Shown here: positions 11,723 through 25,117 of the stretch, piece by piece
Numbering within the stretch: position 1 is the first letter of the stretch
Layout of the letters: every line of letters begins with the position of its first letter
Assembly: GCA_010356995.1 (NCBI GenBank)
Contig: ML996702.1
Span: 62,001-126,000 of the forward strand
Length of the DNA stretch: 64,000 nucleotides
Reading direction: 5' to 3'
From: Trichodelitschia bisporula
Taxonomy: Eukaryota
The notes under the pieces: model-generated
Databases searched by the model: none
What the model was told of the DNA's origin: nothing
Seen by the model: the letters and a program-made list of their open reading frames with translations, nothing else
Translations under genes and position numbers: made by a program

Positions 11723-14487
11723 CTAGGAATCAAACCCCGCCGCCACCCCCGGCGCCGGCCCCTCCAGATCCACACGCTCAACGTTCGACCGAATCATGCC
11801 CGCCTTCTGCACCAAATTCGAGAAGTACTTGTGTGCCATCTCGGACTCGCCGCGCAGCTTGCTCGTGTCCTCCTTCTTGGTCTGCAGCTGCTCGATGTTG
11901 CGCTTCAGTCCCACGCGAAGGTTATCAGCTGGGTACTTAAGCGCGCGGCGGACTTCGGAGCTGATGCGCGATGCGTTGGCGTGCGTGTAGTCGATGGCCG
12001 CGAGCTGTGCGTAGAGCTTATTGCTCAGTCGGCGGGGGAGGGACTGCGGGATGGAGGTTATAGCGTAGGAGACGCCCAGTGCAACTAAAGTCGTTAGAAA
12101 GCAGGAATCAAAAACATGGACTGCTTACCCGTAGCGATGATGCCCGGAATGATGAGCCGCCGCAGGTTATTAGATCCCAGGATCTTAGCAGCCCCCAGCG
12201 CGCCATCGACCCAACCCATGCCACCAACAAGCCGACCGCCAACAACACTGGCGACTGTGAGCGCCATACCCGTACCAGCGACCTTCTCCTGCCGCTCCCA
12301 CAGGCTGGCGAAGTCGAAGAAGTCAGAGAACTCGACTTCGACATCGACCTGGCGGGCTAGCATGTCGCGCTTGCGCCGGAACATGTTCTCAGGCCGGAAG
12401 GAAACATCCGGGAAGCCGTTGCCCAGATGTAACACGCCCAGGTTCTTGATCATGTTAACACCGGCAACGGTTTGCTGCCGCGCGTGCTCTTCGCATGCGC
12501 CCACAGTATCGGCGATGGTCTGCAGCATGGCGTACTTGAGGTCTTCGGCGTACTGGAACGCACTCAACGCACCCGGATATTCGATGCCAAAATCCGTCTC
12601 GGCCATGCGCGTGACGGAAGTGTTCAGCGCATCACGGGTATGGGTGTAAACACCGGAAACATTCTGCTCAATAGCCTGATCGGTATCCTTATCGGCATTG
12701 TCCGTCGCCTTCTTGCTCTGCTCAAGCTGCGGCAAAAGGTCCTCAAGCTCTTGTGTAACGCGGTCGAGCTCCGACCGAGCTATGTCACGGTTGATAGTCG
12801 CAAGGCTGTCGACATCACTGAGAAGGTTCATGAGGTATGTCTTCGCAGGGGCCAGTTTGGACTGGGCGCGCTTTTCGAGGACGAACCGGCGGAGAGAGGC
12901 CTCAAGCTCCGCAAAGTCCCGAATCTTTTCCTTCTCTTTGCCCTTGCCCGAAGGACCATCGTCGCCATCATCATCCGGAGGCCCGCCAGATGCGGACCCG
13001 GAGCCGCCACTGCTGACAATGTGGCCAGGCGGCGCAGTAGGGATGGCATTGCTGGAAACAAAGTGAACGAGCTCACTGTTCTCCTTGAAGGTTGCCGGGC
13101 TGAGTTTGGCCACCTGCTTCAGGATCATATCCTGGCATCGGTTCTTGTCCCTGATATTGTCAAAGGCATTGACAACGATGAACATATACGACTTTTCACG
13201 CGCGGCATTGAAAACAAATTCCTTTGCCGACTCCGTAAAGTGGTTGGCTGCGGAAACGACAAACACAACGACGTCGATCTCTTCCTGCTTGGCGAAATTG
13301 GCAGTCGTGATGACGGAATCCTTGTTGAGGCCAGGAGCGTCGATGAGGGCAATGTCAACGACGCCATTGTTGAGCAACGATTCGTCCACAGATCGGATAT
13401 CCTTGATGTAAATCTTGCACTGTGCCCAGTGCTCGTTGTCGATGACGATGTTTTCGAGGTCCTTCAGTTCGAACACCCGGTAAGTACGCTCGTCATCGCG
13501 GCGGTATTTCTGACCAATGGGGACTGCGTGAACTTCTTCAATACCTCCATTCTCCCGCACATCCAGAACCTCGCAGAAGATGCTCGTGCACGGCTGCTGG
13601 TCCTCTGGCAGAACTTTGCGCCGCAAGAGAGCATTGCAAAATGTCGACTTTCCGGCATTGAGATCTCCGGTAACCAGAACCTTGCTGGAAGTGTCGTCTA
13701 TGCGCTCCCGCAGTGCAAAGAGATGTTGTACGCTCTTTTGGATCTGCCCATCCAGCAGGGCCGCGACCGAGCTCTTTTCCAGCGAGTGTACGAGCTCCGT
13801 CTGCCGTAGGCTGCCCATCTTCAAGTCGATCTTCAAGATAGAAAAATCCTGTGCGAGCTGAGGAGTAACGAGCCTAGGCTCCGCACCTGGACGGCGCGCA
13901 GCAGCCGAGCTAGATTCCGCCGAAGGGCTTGCGTCGCGCAGTGTTGTGTCGGCTCGCCGAATAGGTGAAGGACGATCCGAGAAAGCAGACTGGAAGCCAT
14001 GTTGGAGAGAGGTTTGTGCATGCTGGAGGGTAGGGCGCTCGGAAGGCCCACTGTCAGAGCGCTGAACGGAGGGGTAGTGCGCAGGCCAGATGGTGTTCAT
14101 CTTCTGAAACTCCTTCAGTGCATCGACCATCGACCCTATGGCGCGGCCCAGAGAGTTCTTGTTCTGATTGTAGTAGAGCTGGTGGATATGGCTTGCCATC
14201 ACCCGTCGCTCTCCATCCCCGGCGGCGGCGTGATGCACAGGTGTTGGCCGGTCTGCTTCGACTCCGTGATGCCACCCGCGGTTCAAGCTCTCTCCGTCCG
14301 CAATGCTACCTCCATAGCCGGAATCGCTATCAAGCAGGGCCGCCAGGCGATCTGCGTGTTCCGATGTCGAACCCGTGCCAACCGTCAAGTATCCAGGCCG
14401 GGCTGGCGGGGCACCGCTGTGGCCATCGGGGAACGAGGAGCCCTCGGAGGGGCTGCGCGAGCTCTCGGGTTGCTTTCCTGGGTTCAT
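11723..14487 (-). CDS. FZO1: Mitofusin, mitochondrial outer-membrane fusion GTPase
   Basis: GDLNAGKSTFCNALL (P-loop), LPEDQQPCT, IDAPGLN, FIVVNAFDNI, RRFVLEKR, followed by TM segments. Intron 12128-12085 joins to VALGVSYAITSIPQSLPRRL and the C-terminal heptad region. Confidence 0.96.
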
Positions 14488-15136
14488 TGTAGGCGAACAG
14501 TCGATGGTGGTTGTAAGTGCCGAGATTGCATAGCGTGAGTTGAAGGTTTAGGTTGACTTGTAGGCGGGGCGATTATTGGGCCGACAATGATGTCTGAATT
14601 GTCGGAGTGGGATGACGAAGGGCGGGCACGGGTTTTTCCAGTCGTGAGAAAGCCGCGCGGGTGGCGTTTCTCGCCTTGGTAAATTTGCCGCTTCAGTTGG
14701 GAGTGGGTGCCTGAGGCAACAAGTAATGACTAAGCATTCACAAGTTTATTGCAACACCTTCTCCCATTCCAGACGCTCACACAAAGTCGTTCTCGGCTGG
14801 TGCAGTTTTATCTTCTGAATAGGGAACAGATACCAGGTGCTGGATGCAGCTCTTTCGTCCTTTGCTGAATCTCAGTAGAGTAACACTTGGAACTGATCCT
14901 TTGGAACTGGCCTTCAGACGTGTTGCATATCAGCTCATACCACAGAAAAGCTTTGGATTTGGTTGGGTTACAGCTGCTCCTTTGGAATATGTATGGGAAG
15001 AAGATCACTATGCGCAGGAAGCAGCTTCATGCTCATTGACGTTCATCGACCGTCACATGAAGTTCAGGTGAAATCGGCCTCGTTTCTTCTTCCCCGACCC
15101 ATGACCCAGTCACAACAGCAACAGTACACCATTAGG

Positions 15137-16465
15137 CTATCCGTGTACCGCAAACCCATTATCTGTGCTACAGGACACCCAGCCCGCAGCCTCCCTACCC
15201 ACAGCCCTCTCCTTCAGCTCCTTCACCACACTAGGCCACACGCGAATGAGACCTTCGATTACGCCTGCGGCAAGCTTCGTTCTCTTCACACTGTCGCCCA
15301 GATCACGACTCTGATTCGACGGCTCTGTCCTCGGGCACTGTATATCCCCCAGCCTGGAGTTCCTTCTCTTTGGAGTAACAGGACCAATGTTACGACCGAG
15401 TACGCGCGACGTCATGGTGCTGCGTCGCCGGGAGCGGATGTCAGGCTCATCATAGCCCTCGATTGAGATCAAATCCGCCATATCTCCTAGCAGAATCGGT
15501 GCAAATACTACTCCCAGGGCACGGGCCGACATGCGCTCTGCACCGGGAATCATCACGGCTCCGAGTTCTGGCGCTGAAGACGAGTGGGGACAACTGTTCA
15601 CGGGCGAGCTCGCAGCAGGCGATTTGAGGAGAACGCGCGATCGAAGTGTTCGGAGATCGCCGGATCGGGTAGGAGTGTCGCTAGGGGTGGAGAAGGAACT
15701 GTCTGCTTCCAGTAGGGCAAGCAAGCCGAATACACTGAAGATCAGGTTGCGGCGCTGCGGACACTCAATGCTGCACAGTATCCTCGCGATGAGCCGCGCG
15801 TTAAGCCTCTCTTCGCTCACTGGTGTGCTAGACCGTGGTGACATTCCGAGTCCGCGGCACTTGAACTCGAAGTCTCTGCTCTTCTTCCTCGGGGAGCCTT
15901 GCTGCTCAGGGGCCGGTATGGGGAGTAGAACGTGGCGCAAGCTCTCAAAGATGTCAACTGACCCGAGTATTCCACCGTCGAGATCGTTCAGGAACTGTTT
16001 AAACGTTGAGGAAACGTCGTGGATTGTGTAAGGGATCTGAGCCTGGCTAGGAAGGCAAGCCAGGCGCACCGTAGACTCGATCTCGTCCGGTGAGGCAATG
16101 GCGTATTCATCAAAATACACGTGTGATGCGAAGTGCTCGCGCAATGCGATCACTGTCTTCTGCTGGCCCGGTATCCGAAATAGCCCTTGTACATCGCCCC
16201 CTGAGATCGCATTAGCATTGCGATACAATCACCATGATGCCTTACCATAATCTGCCAGGAACTGCGCCGTGGCTGCAAAGCGCGTGGGAATCACCAGCTC
16301 AGTCACAGTGTACTCGTCCGGGAGTGTAAGCGTCGATACGCCGCCCAGGCGTGCAAGTTCATGAATGTCCCCGTAATTCTGAACAGCTTGCTCATATGGT
16401 TTAACGAAGAAGCGCGCGAATAGACCCCGCGGGCCTCTGTTGCGCATAATGGGTAGGCTAGGCAT
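15137..16465 (-). CDS. RhoGAP-domain protein
   Basis: MPSLPIMR...LVIPTRFAATAQFLADYG; intron 16245-16201; GDVQGLFRIPG (arginine finger), IHDVSSTFKQFL, RMSARALGVVFAPILL. Confidence 0.8.
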
Positions 16466-17007
16466 TTCAAAGACAAAAGGGAGCGTGCTTGACACCGACG
16501 CAGTTAAGTCCAACGACAGAGCATCATACAAAAGACGTGAGTATTGACCATAGCGTTGGGGGCAATAGAGAAGAAGATTCAAACACACAAGCGAGAGATG
16601 GGAAATGCAAGAAGGAGAATATGGCCTGAGAGTGGAAAGGAGAATGACGCGTTTGCTAATACCTCTGCTTCGGGGAGCGGCGGTCGCTCCAGTAACTGAT
16701 GTGTTTGGGTAGATAATAGGAAGGCACGACCGACCGACGAGGCTGTGTGAGGGACGGGTGGGGGAAGGAAAGAGGCAGGAATTTAGGTTGTAAACGTTGC
16801 TGCTGTGCGCCCACAAGATGATAAGACGAAACGCGCCGGACAAGAGAGACGAGCACAACAGATATGAGATCAGCTGAAGAGGTCAGGTAAACATATCCCA
16901 ATAAACCGTGTCCCATTGCAAAGCATCGCCACTAAGCAGCCGTTCACCGTCCCAAGTCTATCATTCATCAGTCCAATGCCCTCACTGTCGCCACTACCAT
17001 TTCCTCT

Positions 17008-18436
17008 TCACCACGCCTCTTCCTCTCCTTCTAGTAGTACATACTCCAGAATGTCGCTGAGTGTGAGCACTCCCTTCAGCTTCCCCTCCTCATCAACAAT
17101 CACCAGCCTGTGCACTCGCGATTTTCTGATAGTGTCGAAGATGGTATCCAAGCGATCTTGCACAGAGCATGTGTATATGCCGGCAAAGTCCTGAAAGCGT
17201 CAGAAAGCGGCAAGTAGCCCAGAAGGCAACATACGTCAGATCGCTTGAGCAATGCTTCGCCCACTGTGAGCTGTAGATCATCGTACACGCCGCCCTTGAT
17301 AAGGGCAATCACATCGACGGCCTCGAAGACGTTGATGACGATGCCTGGAATGTGAGTGATTGTTCAATGTGCCAACGAAGGTAGCCTCACCTTGTCGATC
17401 GAGAATAGGCACGCTGGAAATGTTCTTCTTGACCAGCATATGAATGACATCCATCACCGGTGTGTCCATGTCCGCCGTCTGCAGCCCAGTGTAGGTACCC
17501 AAGTTCAGCTCCTTGAGCGGCTTGCGTAGCTGCTCCGTCTCCTTGACGTTTACGGCCACAAACTTGAGGATGCGGTACTGCGTCACGACACTCACCACCA
17601 TAGCACGTTGCGTCTCGTCATCAATATCGACGAGCGGGATACGGCGAGCACGCGACTCGAGCATCTTGCGGCATGCCTCGTACAGCGGGCGTTCTGGGTG
17701 GATTGACACTGTTTCAATCTGCGGGGCGCCGATGGCACGCTCAATCTCTGCTGTCGTGAGCTTCCGCAAACAGGCTTTGGGATGCTCTTACCCCTCAGAC
17801 TGTCTAGTCTGAACTGATCTATACGAGCGAGCTCGTCGGGAAACTGCCAGTAGTACTGGATGACATTGATATAGTCGCTGGTCGTAAGCAAGCCAGCAAA
17901 AGTAGATGTCTTCGAATCCCACAGCGGCGCCGAAACAATGCCTATCAAGTCAGTCCCAGTACGGCGGATGGAACGCAGAGCGCAGACAGTCCGTCAACAA
18001 ACCATTCTGTATCAAAATGCCCAGGCTCTTCTTGACAAGCAGGGCCGTGTCGAAGATGATCAACCTGAAGCTAAGCGGAAGCACATCGTAACTCGTGCGG
18101 ACCTTGAGAAAGGCTCTTATTGCGCGCTGCTCAGGATGTCAGCCCATCCCTCGACACAATGATCGGACAGAATCTCACGAGCGCATCAGTCTGCTCCTTA
18201 TCTGCCGCGCTCAGCGTCGCCGCGGGGCGCTCCCTCTCCGTAGCCCTTGTAATCGCTGGCGGCCGTACAGCATACGACCTCAGGAACGTAGCCGGCTGCA
18301 CGATTCCCGGCCCGTCTGTCGACAGAGGCGTGGCTGAAGTAGTCGGTCCATCTGAAGGCGGGAGCGGTGGTGGAGACGAGGTGGCGCGTATGTGCTCTTC
18401 GGCGGCAGCGCCTGTGGCTGCAGCATGCTCTGGCAT
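17008..18436 (-). CDS. SNF4: AMPK/Snf1 complex gamma subunit (4 CBS domains), 6 exons
   Basis: Spliced frames give [91 protein letters not shown]...LTLSDILEY. Five GT-AG introns. Confidence 0.96.
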
Positions 18437-19303
18437 GGCGGTTACTGAATGCTGACGCGCCCTCGGGCCTTCATGGGGACTCGGAGGGGACGATGTTATC
18501 GCGATGCGGGGCAGCCGCGCGGAGAGGCGGGGTAGCTGTGGATTGAGGTTCACGGGGGAGAAGGAGTTGTGGTGGGGACGTGCGTGAGGGGTTGCGCGGG
18601 CGAGGGATTGATGCGAGCCTGGAGGTCTTAAGAGTACCACAACAACAGCTATAAACACCGGTTCAGAAGAGTGATCAATGCGGAACAGTTGTTGGGGTAG
18701 GAATGCGGACGTCGGAGTGGGGGAGTAGGATCTAGACTGGAGGGGGACGCCCGGAAAGATGTTTATCGTCACTTTTTGCGGGCGGCTGCAGCGCTTGCTG
18801 GCATCCCCCCCTCTGCACAACTCAAGTGGTACAGTACCGTACATAGTCAACCATCTTCTGATTTGAGTCTACCGAGCAACACTCACTACAAATACGCGCA
18901 AACGTTCCAATACCTCCAGAACCTGCACTTGAAGCAAGCTTATCTTCGCAACAAAGGTAACATACCATGAGTGACAAGGTAAAGGGTTCGTCGAATGTTA
19001 CTCCGATTGCTCGGCGTTAAGTTGAAGAGAGCACCTACAAAGCGCCTTGCACGCCGTCCCAGATGCACAGAACTAGCCGCTCATAGGGCGTACAGAGTAT
19101 AGAGAGCAAACAGCACGAGAGATCCTATGACCATCCCGAAAATGAACGACACTCTCAACACCGCCGCTTCATCCCTTTTCTCATATCGGCGCCGTGCAAT
19201 CGCAAGGTCGATACCAAGCGAACAAGTGAAATACCAGAAACCTCGACTACAGCCCATGTTCCAGCATCGTAGCTCCTCAAGGAGGGTCGATGAGAGGCTC
19301 GCG

Positions 19304-21000
19304 CTAGCTGCCTTTGGTATCTAGCTGCGCTGCTTTCACTTGTTCGGAACCAGACTCGTTGGGCGCTGCAAACTCCGGGCCTCGCTCCTCCTCTTCGATA
19401 ATGACGTCGGAATGTATCTTCTCCTCTTCCTGCAACTGCTTCGCTGATTGGATGATGGCATCGGTCTCGCCAATGCCCCCCTTAGCCGTTTCGCTATCCC
19501 CATCAACGCCGACAGACGCCTCTGTCTTGCGCTCCTTCAGCGCCTTGTTGTCGAAGCGGACAATCATGCACGAAAGATTGTCCGTCGAGAACCGTGCCAA
19601 CGCATGATCAACTAGCTGCTTTGATGCAGCCTGGGGATCTTGAACATTGCGCACGAGATCGACAGCTTCCTGATCGGAACAAACATCCCAAAGCTGTGCA
19701 CCCTTAGCAATTAGCCTGGCAAAGGAAGAGATAAACATACACCATCGCAGGCGAGGATGAGAAACTCGTCAATGTCGGGTTGAATGACCGTTTCAGTGGT
19801 GTAAGGATGCCCAGTGACCAAGTCCTTCATGTAGGCATCTCCAAGCGCTCTCGTCACCGCAAGAACGCCGTTGACACGGTTGTTCAAGATCAGACCGCCG
19901 GCATTTGCCACGCGCCTACCCTCCTGCTCATCGCTTCCCTTATGATCGTACGACAACCTCAGCGCCCGGCCATTGCGACAAAGAACAATTCGCGCATCGC
20001 CCACATTCGCTGTGTACAGAACCCGTTGCCTCGTGGCAGACTCGCGCAGCTTCGCTTCCGATGTGGGTACAGGAACCGCAGTTGAAACATCAGCATTGGC
20101 CTGAGACGTAGGCCCCTCCACGGCATTCTGCGCTGCATTCGCAGACGCCTTAGCTGCAACTTGGTTTAGGTATATGGAGCCGGTCGCCGATGCCGGGTTT
20201 GGAACGCGGTCTTCCCACCTCAGCACTGCGATCACAGCGGTACATCCGCTGTTCTTGACAGGAAGCTTTTCCAACTGTTGGTCAACTTGGGTGAAAGTCT
20301 GATCGAGAAGCTCGGGAATGGGGGTGTTGGGATTTCTGCGAATCGTATCCTCGAGAATGTGGTGAAGCTTTTTCCCACACCAGTCAGCGGCGAAAGTGCC
20401 GGCATGGCCGTCAAAAATGGCAAAGTAGCCGTTGTCAGTCTCAGTGACACGATCCGACACAACAGCCGAGTCCGGAGCCGCTGACTCCGTGGTCGAGGAG
20501 TCGCTCGTGGTGTTGTTGACGCTAGGAGTGCTCAGGAAGTTGTAGAGATACGCGTGTGTGTCCTCCATGGTCCTCCGGCACTTCTTGTTCTTGTCTTCCG
20601 TTACGCCCACCCGAAAGGTCGACAGGGGACTCGGTAATGACTCCCCTGCCGAGTTGTTGTGAGGCCCCTGGGGCACGTTCAACGCCGGGTCCGACATGTT
20701 CAAGACTCGAAAGGCGGACGGTGGGTGGCGATCTGCACTAGGGGACGAGTTGCGCAGGTGCAGCGACTGCTTTGCGCTCGAGAAGATGTCTTTGGCCTTG
20801 GCCACACCGCTGGCCCGTCGCTTCTTTTCTGAGACGGGAACGTCTCCAGGCTTTTTGTCGAGGCCGGCGCTGCTGCTACCACCCGCGTCTTTCCCGGGGG
20901 ACGTCGCGCGCGTGGAACCGGGTTGCTTCGAGTCGCCAGGCGTCAGCGCATCGCTCGTCATATCCCCCTCTTTTGGGGGGTGCGCAGACGAGCCAAACAT
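19304..21000 (-). CDS. PTC1: Type 2C protein phosphatase
   Basis: [58 protein letters not shown] (one intron, about 19741-19696), [10 protein letters not shown]. Confidence 0.95.
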
Positions 21001-21470
21001 CCTGTTAAACAGGCCTCCGTTGCCGGAAAAGCTCCGCCGCTTGCTTCCTGCCAGGTTGATTACCTTCGTTGAACCTAGCTCTCAGGCACTGCGCCGGTAC
21101 AGATTAGCCAGAGGGTCGATGAAGAGCTTCGAGTCTTTCAGCTCAAGACGAGCCAGAGTGCAGAGGACAAAGGCGCTGGAATGACGACACTCGACGCGTG
21201 CAGCCCACGAGGAGAGCACTCGCACGCATGCGAGCAGCTCGAGGTGGTATGGGAATGCGGGGTTGGGAGGGGGGAAGGGTTGGGAATGGGGCAAGGAGAG
21301 CTCACATAAGTTTCCAGCGAAGCGCAAGTGATCTAGTCGGACGACTAGAGAAGTTGAGATACGATGGTTCAAGAACAGTTCGTAAACAGTTGCGGGGATT
21401 GCGTAGTAAGGGTTGTAGAGCGCCTGGCTGGTCCGAGGTGGGGAGGACGTGGCGCCTAGGCAAGCGCGGA

Positions 21471-21500
21471 NNNNNNNNNNNNNNNNNNNNNNNNNNNNNN
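21471..21500. other. Assembly gap (30 N)
   Basis: Run of N characters. Confidence 1.
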
Positions 21501-22378
21501 GGAAGACGCGAGAGCTGGGGGTTGGTGGGCGACAGAGATGGTGGAGAGGATGCGCTGCGGATGCTCTACGTAAGGGCTCTCGCGGTTCGTATACTTATCG
21601 TATACTTATGGAGAGTGGTAGTGAAAAGGTTAGAGCAATGAGGTTCAAGAGATTTCCAGGAAAACAGCGCGCTGCCTTGATGAGAGTTTGTACGAAGGAG
21701 AAGCAAAGGTGTTTGTGTAGTTTGGACCTCGTGTGTCGATGTCATGGACGCCGTGACCTAGTGAATTGCTACTAACCAGAGTGAGAGCTTCCAGGGGCTT
21801 CACCCATCAGGTTCGCAAGTCTTTAGGAGGCGCAGCTTAATTACTTTGCCCTCGTAACGGGAGCGTTAACCGCCGCGACTACGTTAACTATCTTAGTCGT
21901 AGCGAGAAGCAATCGTACGTAGTAGTGATGGCAGCGTGCATTGTACTACAGTAGGCGCTTGACGTTTCCAAGCCTGTCGGCAAGTTGCTGCGAATGTCAT
22001 TCATGGTCCTCCCCCAACCTCCATTCACTTCTGTCAGCGGTGGCTGCGTCTCCCTACTCGTTAATCATCCGATGGCGTCTGCGGTCCGGTTACGCATTAA
22101 CGTCTTGCCCACATGTGGCAAGCTTCCCCGCAATCATATCCAAAATGCGCCGCTTTTTCAACGTTTGTCACATCGGTCCGGTCAAGTGCACTAGAACTAC
22201 TCCGTAGGAGCCGATAGACGCATGCGCGTCAAGTTAAGCCAGCCTTGTGCATTGGCCATCAATACTGCCATCATGGCGACAAATGATGTGCATGCGGAAA
22301 TGTCAAAGCCGCAAATTGAAACGCCGTGCGCCAATGCACCACCCGTATAAACATCGCCATGGCAACAATCCTCAGAAA

Positions 22379-23231
22379 CTACCGCCGCAGACTATCCAGC
22401 CTGGCTTGCAAATCGTCATCGTCGTGTTCGCCTCCTCCCCCTATCGCTTGAGCAACACGGCCTTCCGTGTTAGCAGACTTGAGAGCGGTTGGTGTGTCGC
22501 CAAGCTGTGCATATCAGCATCGCTCAGGTTGTAGACCATGAAACATACCGCTTGGCCGAGGTCGATGCCTATTTCGTCGAGAACCTGATTGACAACCTCC
22601 TCGCCCTCCTCCTCATCCTCAAGTCCCGTAACATCGTCGATAGCATCGTCCATCATCTCCTGCCGCTGGTCCATGATGTCATTTTCCTTTTCGAATTCCA
22701 TGGCGATGCGTTGAAGCGCGGGTAGGTTCATCTGGCGATTCATGCTACCAAGAAGCGTCGTTGCACCCTTCATGGATTGCATCATCTGCTCGTTACTGCG
22801 GACAGTCTGTCGAGAGGTTAGGGGATAGGGAGGTCGGAGTGGCATTGTCTGACCTGAATTCGGAGGGAGATGGCCTGCAGCTGGGTGCGCATTTGGTAGA
22901 ACTTTTGGATATATCTGGAGCATGGTCAGACGTTGCCCAAATGCAGCAGTTGTGCCAGCCGTACCTCCGCGTTCTAACCAGATCCTTCGCTTGGATTCGA
23001 AGCGCACCCATCTGGTTGTTCTTTGCGCTCTTCTTGATGTCCTGCACTAGCTTCTTCTCCTGGTTCTCGAGCTTCACCCGCTCGCGGTCGAGCTCACGCT
23101 GTGTTTTCTCGAGCGCCCGTTGGTGCTTCCGCAGACGCTCTGCTGGCGTCATACGCTTGCCGAAGGCCCATTCTACAATCTCGGCAAGTCAGCGACTTGT
23201 ACTGTAACTGGGGCTTGGGACTCACATTCAT
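22379..23231 (-). CDS. VPS2: ESCRT-III subunit Vps2/Did4 (CHMP2A), 5 exons
   Basis: MN|IVEWAFGKRMTPAERLRKHQRALEKTQRELDRER...DLVRTRR|YIQKFYQMRTQLQAISLRIQ|TVRSNEQMMQSMKGAT...VLDEIGIDLGQA|LGDTP...DDLQARLDSLRR* (MIM1 motif at the end). Confidence 0.96.
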
Positions 23232-25117
23232 GGTGTCGATAGGACTCCAGTGGCCCGAAGAGTGCGCAGCGACGAGGTATGGCGCTTGTTGTCTTAATGC
23301 GCTATTCTGTGTATTGTTCTTCGTCCAGATGGCAGAGGAGGCTGCAAGAGCTCGGTCGCGCAACGGACTCTGGTCCTAGGCGGCGTGCATGGCAGGCTTG
23401 TAAGGCTTCAAGCAAAGGTGCCTGAGGTGTGCAGGGTAAATGTTCCTCCGGGCCATCGCTTCCTTCAACTCCAACGTGCCCAAGAACTGCCTCCGCAAGA
23501 CTGTCCCCTAATGCTCAATCAAATCTATCAACACGTCAGTATCCTCCACTTGCAATGACGCCTTTCCGGTCCGTCATCTCTGAGCGGACTCAAAACTGGA
23601 TTGCATCTCTACGGTTTCGTGATGACCGAGCTGGAGGATGTGGGGATGAACCTCCGGTTGCATGCCTTTTGCAGTGATCTTGTCGTGCTTCGAACCTCAT
23701 GCATTTTGTTGGCTCCAGGTTCTTCATCATACTGTAGCGTGTGGGTTGAAACCCACTTCTAAACCATCGAACCGGGCATGAATTGCGCGGCACAGAATTC
23801 GAAAGTTGACAAGCAGTAAATTGACGACATGAGCATGAGTAACAGTTAGAAATTGACAACGGAGCTGACGGGTGAATCAGGTCCTCGCGGCAATTCGGAT
23901 TCAGTGTAAGCCAATCTGCTAGCAGTGTGGCTGCACCTGTCCGCCTACCTTGCGGGGTAACCATACGGGCCAGTCACCGCGTCTACTGTACATGACAGCA
24001 AGGCAATATTCATGTTCCATGGCATCGGATATAAGTATACAGTTCCTCAATAACGCCCACCATTGCCCATCGCATGTTGCTTCGGTCGATTGAGGCTCGA
24101 GGATACCAGTGTGGAGTCTAGCGTATCACGCCTCATAGATTGGCCCGGGCGACAATACCCTTCCGTCCCTCTCCTTCGGCCAGCTACGTGTTCCCTCTAT
24201 ATGCTTAGCCACATACATCTTCCCTTGTGTGTCCGTGCCAGCCATCGCGAGGACCTTATCGCTGTTAGTGTCTGGACACTTCGAAAGATCTTCTACACAG
24301 TAATTAGGAAGTACGGCACAATTATCAAGGCCTTAATAGAGCCCATTTCGAAGCCAAAACGTCGGTGGAATTCATTAATGTCTGGATGTTCCAATTCCAT
24401 TACGCTCCAGGAAGCGTGGGCTGATCTCAAGCGGCTTATCCGTCAGAGGGTGAACCGTGATGCTGAGCATGTGAAGATGCCTAGTCGCCATGATTGGAAG
24501 GAGCATTCGCCTATTCTGCAACGAGGTCGATATCAGTGCAGAAGAGGTAAAGTGATGCGTCTAGCTAACTTGTGTTTCGCTCAGATGAAGATGAAATATC
24601 TAAAGGACAGGACACTTGGTGAAAAGTCACATCGTTCTGGTAGGCACGACAGAAGCGAGGTAGGAAGGAAGTCTTGGTATGAGGAGGTGGAGAAAACTTA
24701 TAACCTAGTTCTAGCTTTCTTTCTCATCTCAGTTTGTAAGTCAACAAACTTTGTCTTATGTCCTTCACATCAATCAACCAGCGTCAGTAGACGCATCAGC
24801 CTCGTTACTTTCTCCCGTCGGGTGTGATTCTCACAACACTCCAGCAAAAAACCTTTGGAGATGGTGCTTCTTTCTGGGCGTACCACGGTGAATTTTGAGG
24901 TTTGTATATGACGTCACCCAGGTCCCCCGCATCTGGAGCAACCTCCGATGCACAATCCAGACAACTGAAGCTTGCAGGCCCCGGTCATGGAGGGGCCGCG
25001 CGTACCAACCGCGATTTTCACGTAAGGCGCGTCCTCCTACCACTAGTTTTAATATCTTCTGCTTCCTCCTCCTCTTCCTCTCTCCTCAACCTCACTCCGT
25101 TCCCCTACTTCCGCGCC

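Noticed and set aside
12472..13809. Long antisense ORFs (445 aa here; also 45780-47006 and 50763-51935)
   Set aside because: Shadows of GC3-rich coding strands (FZO1, FMP27) with no recognisable domains.
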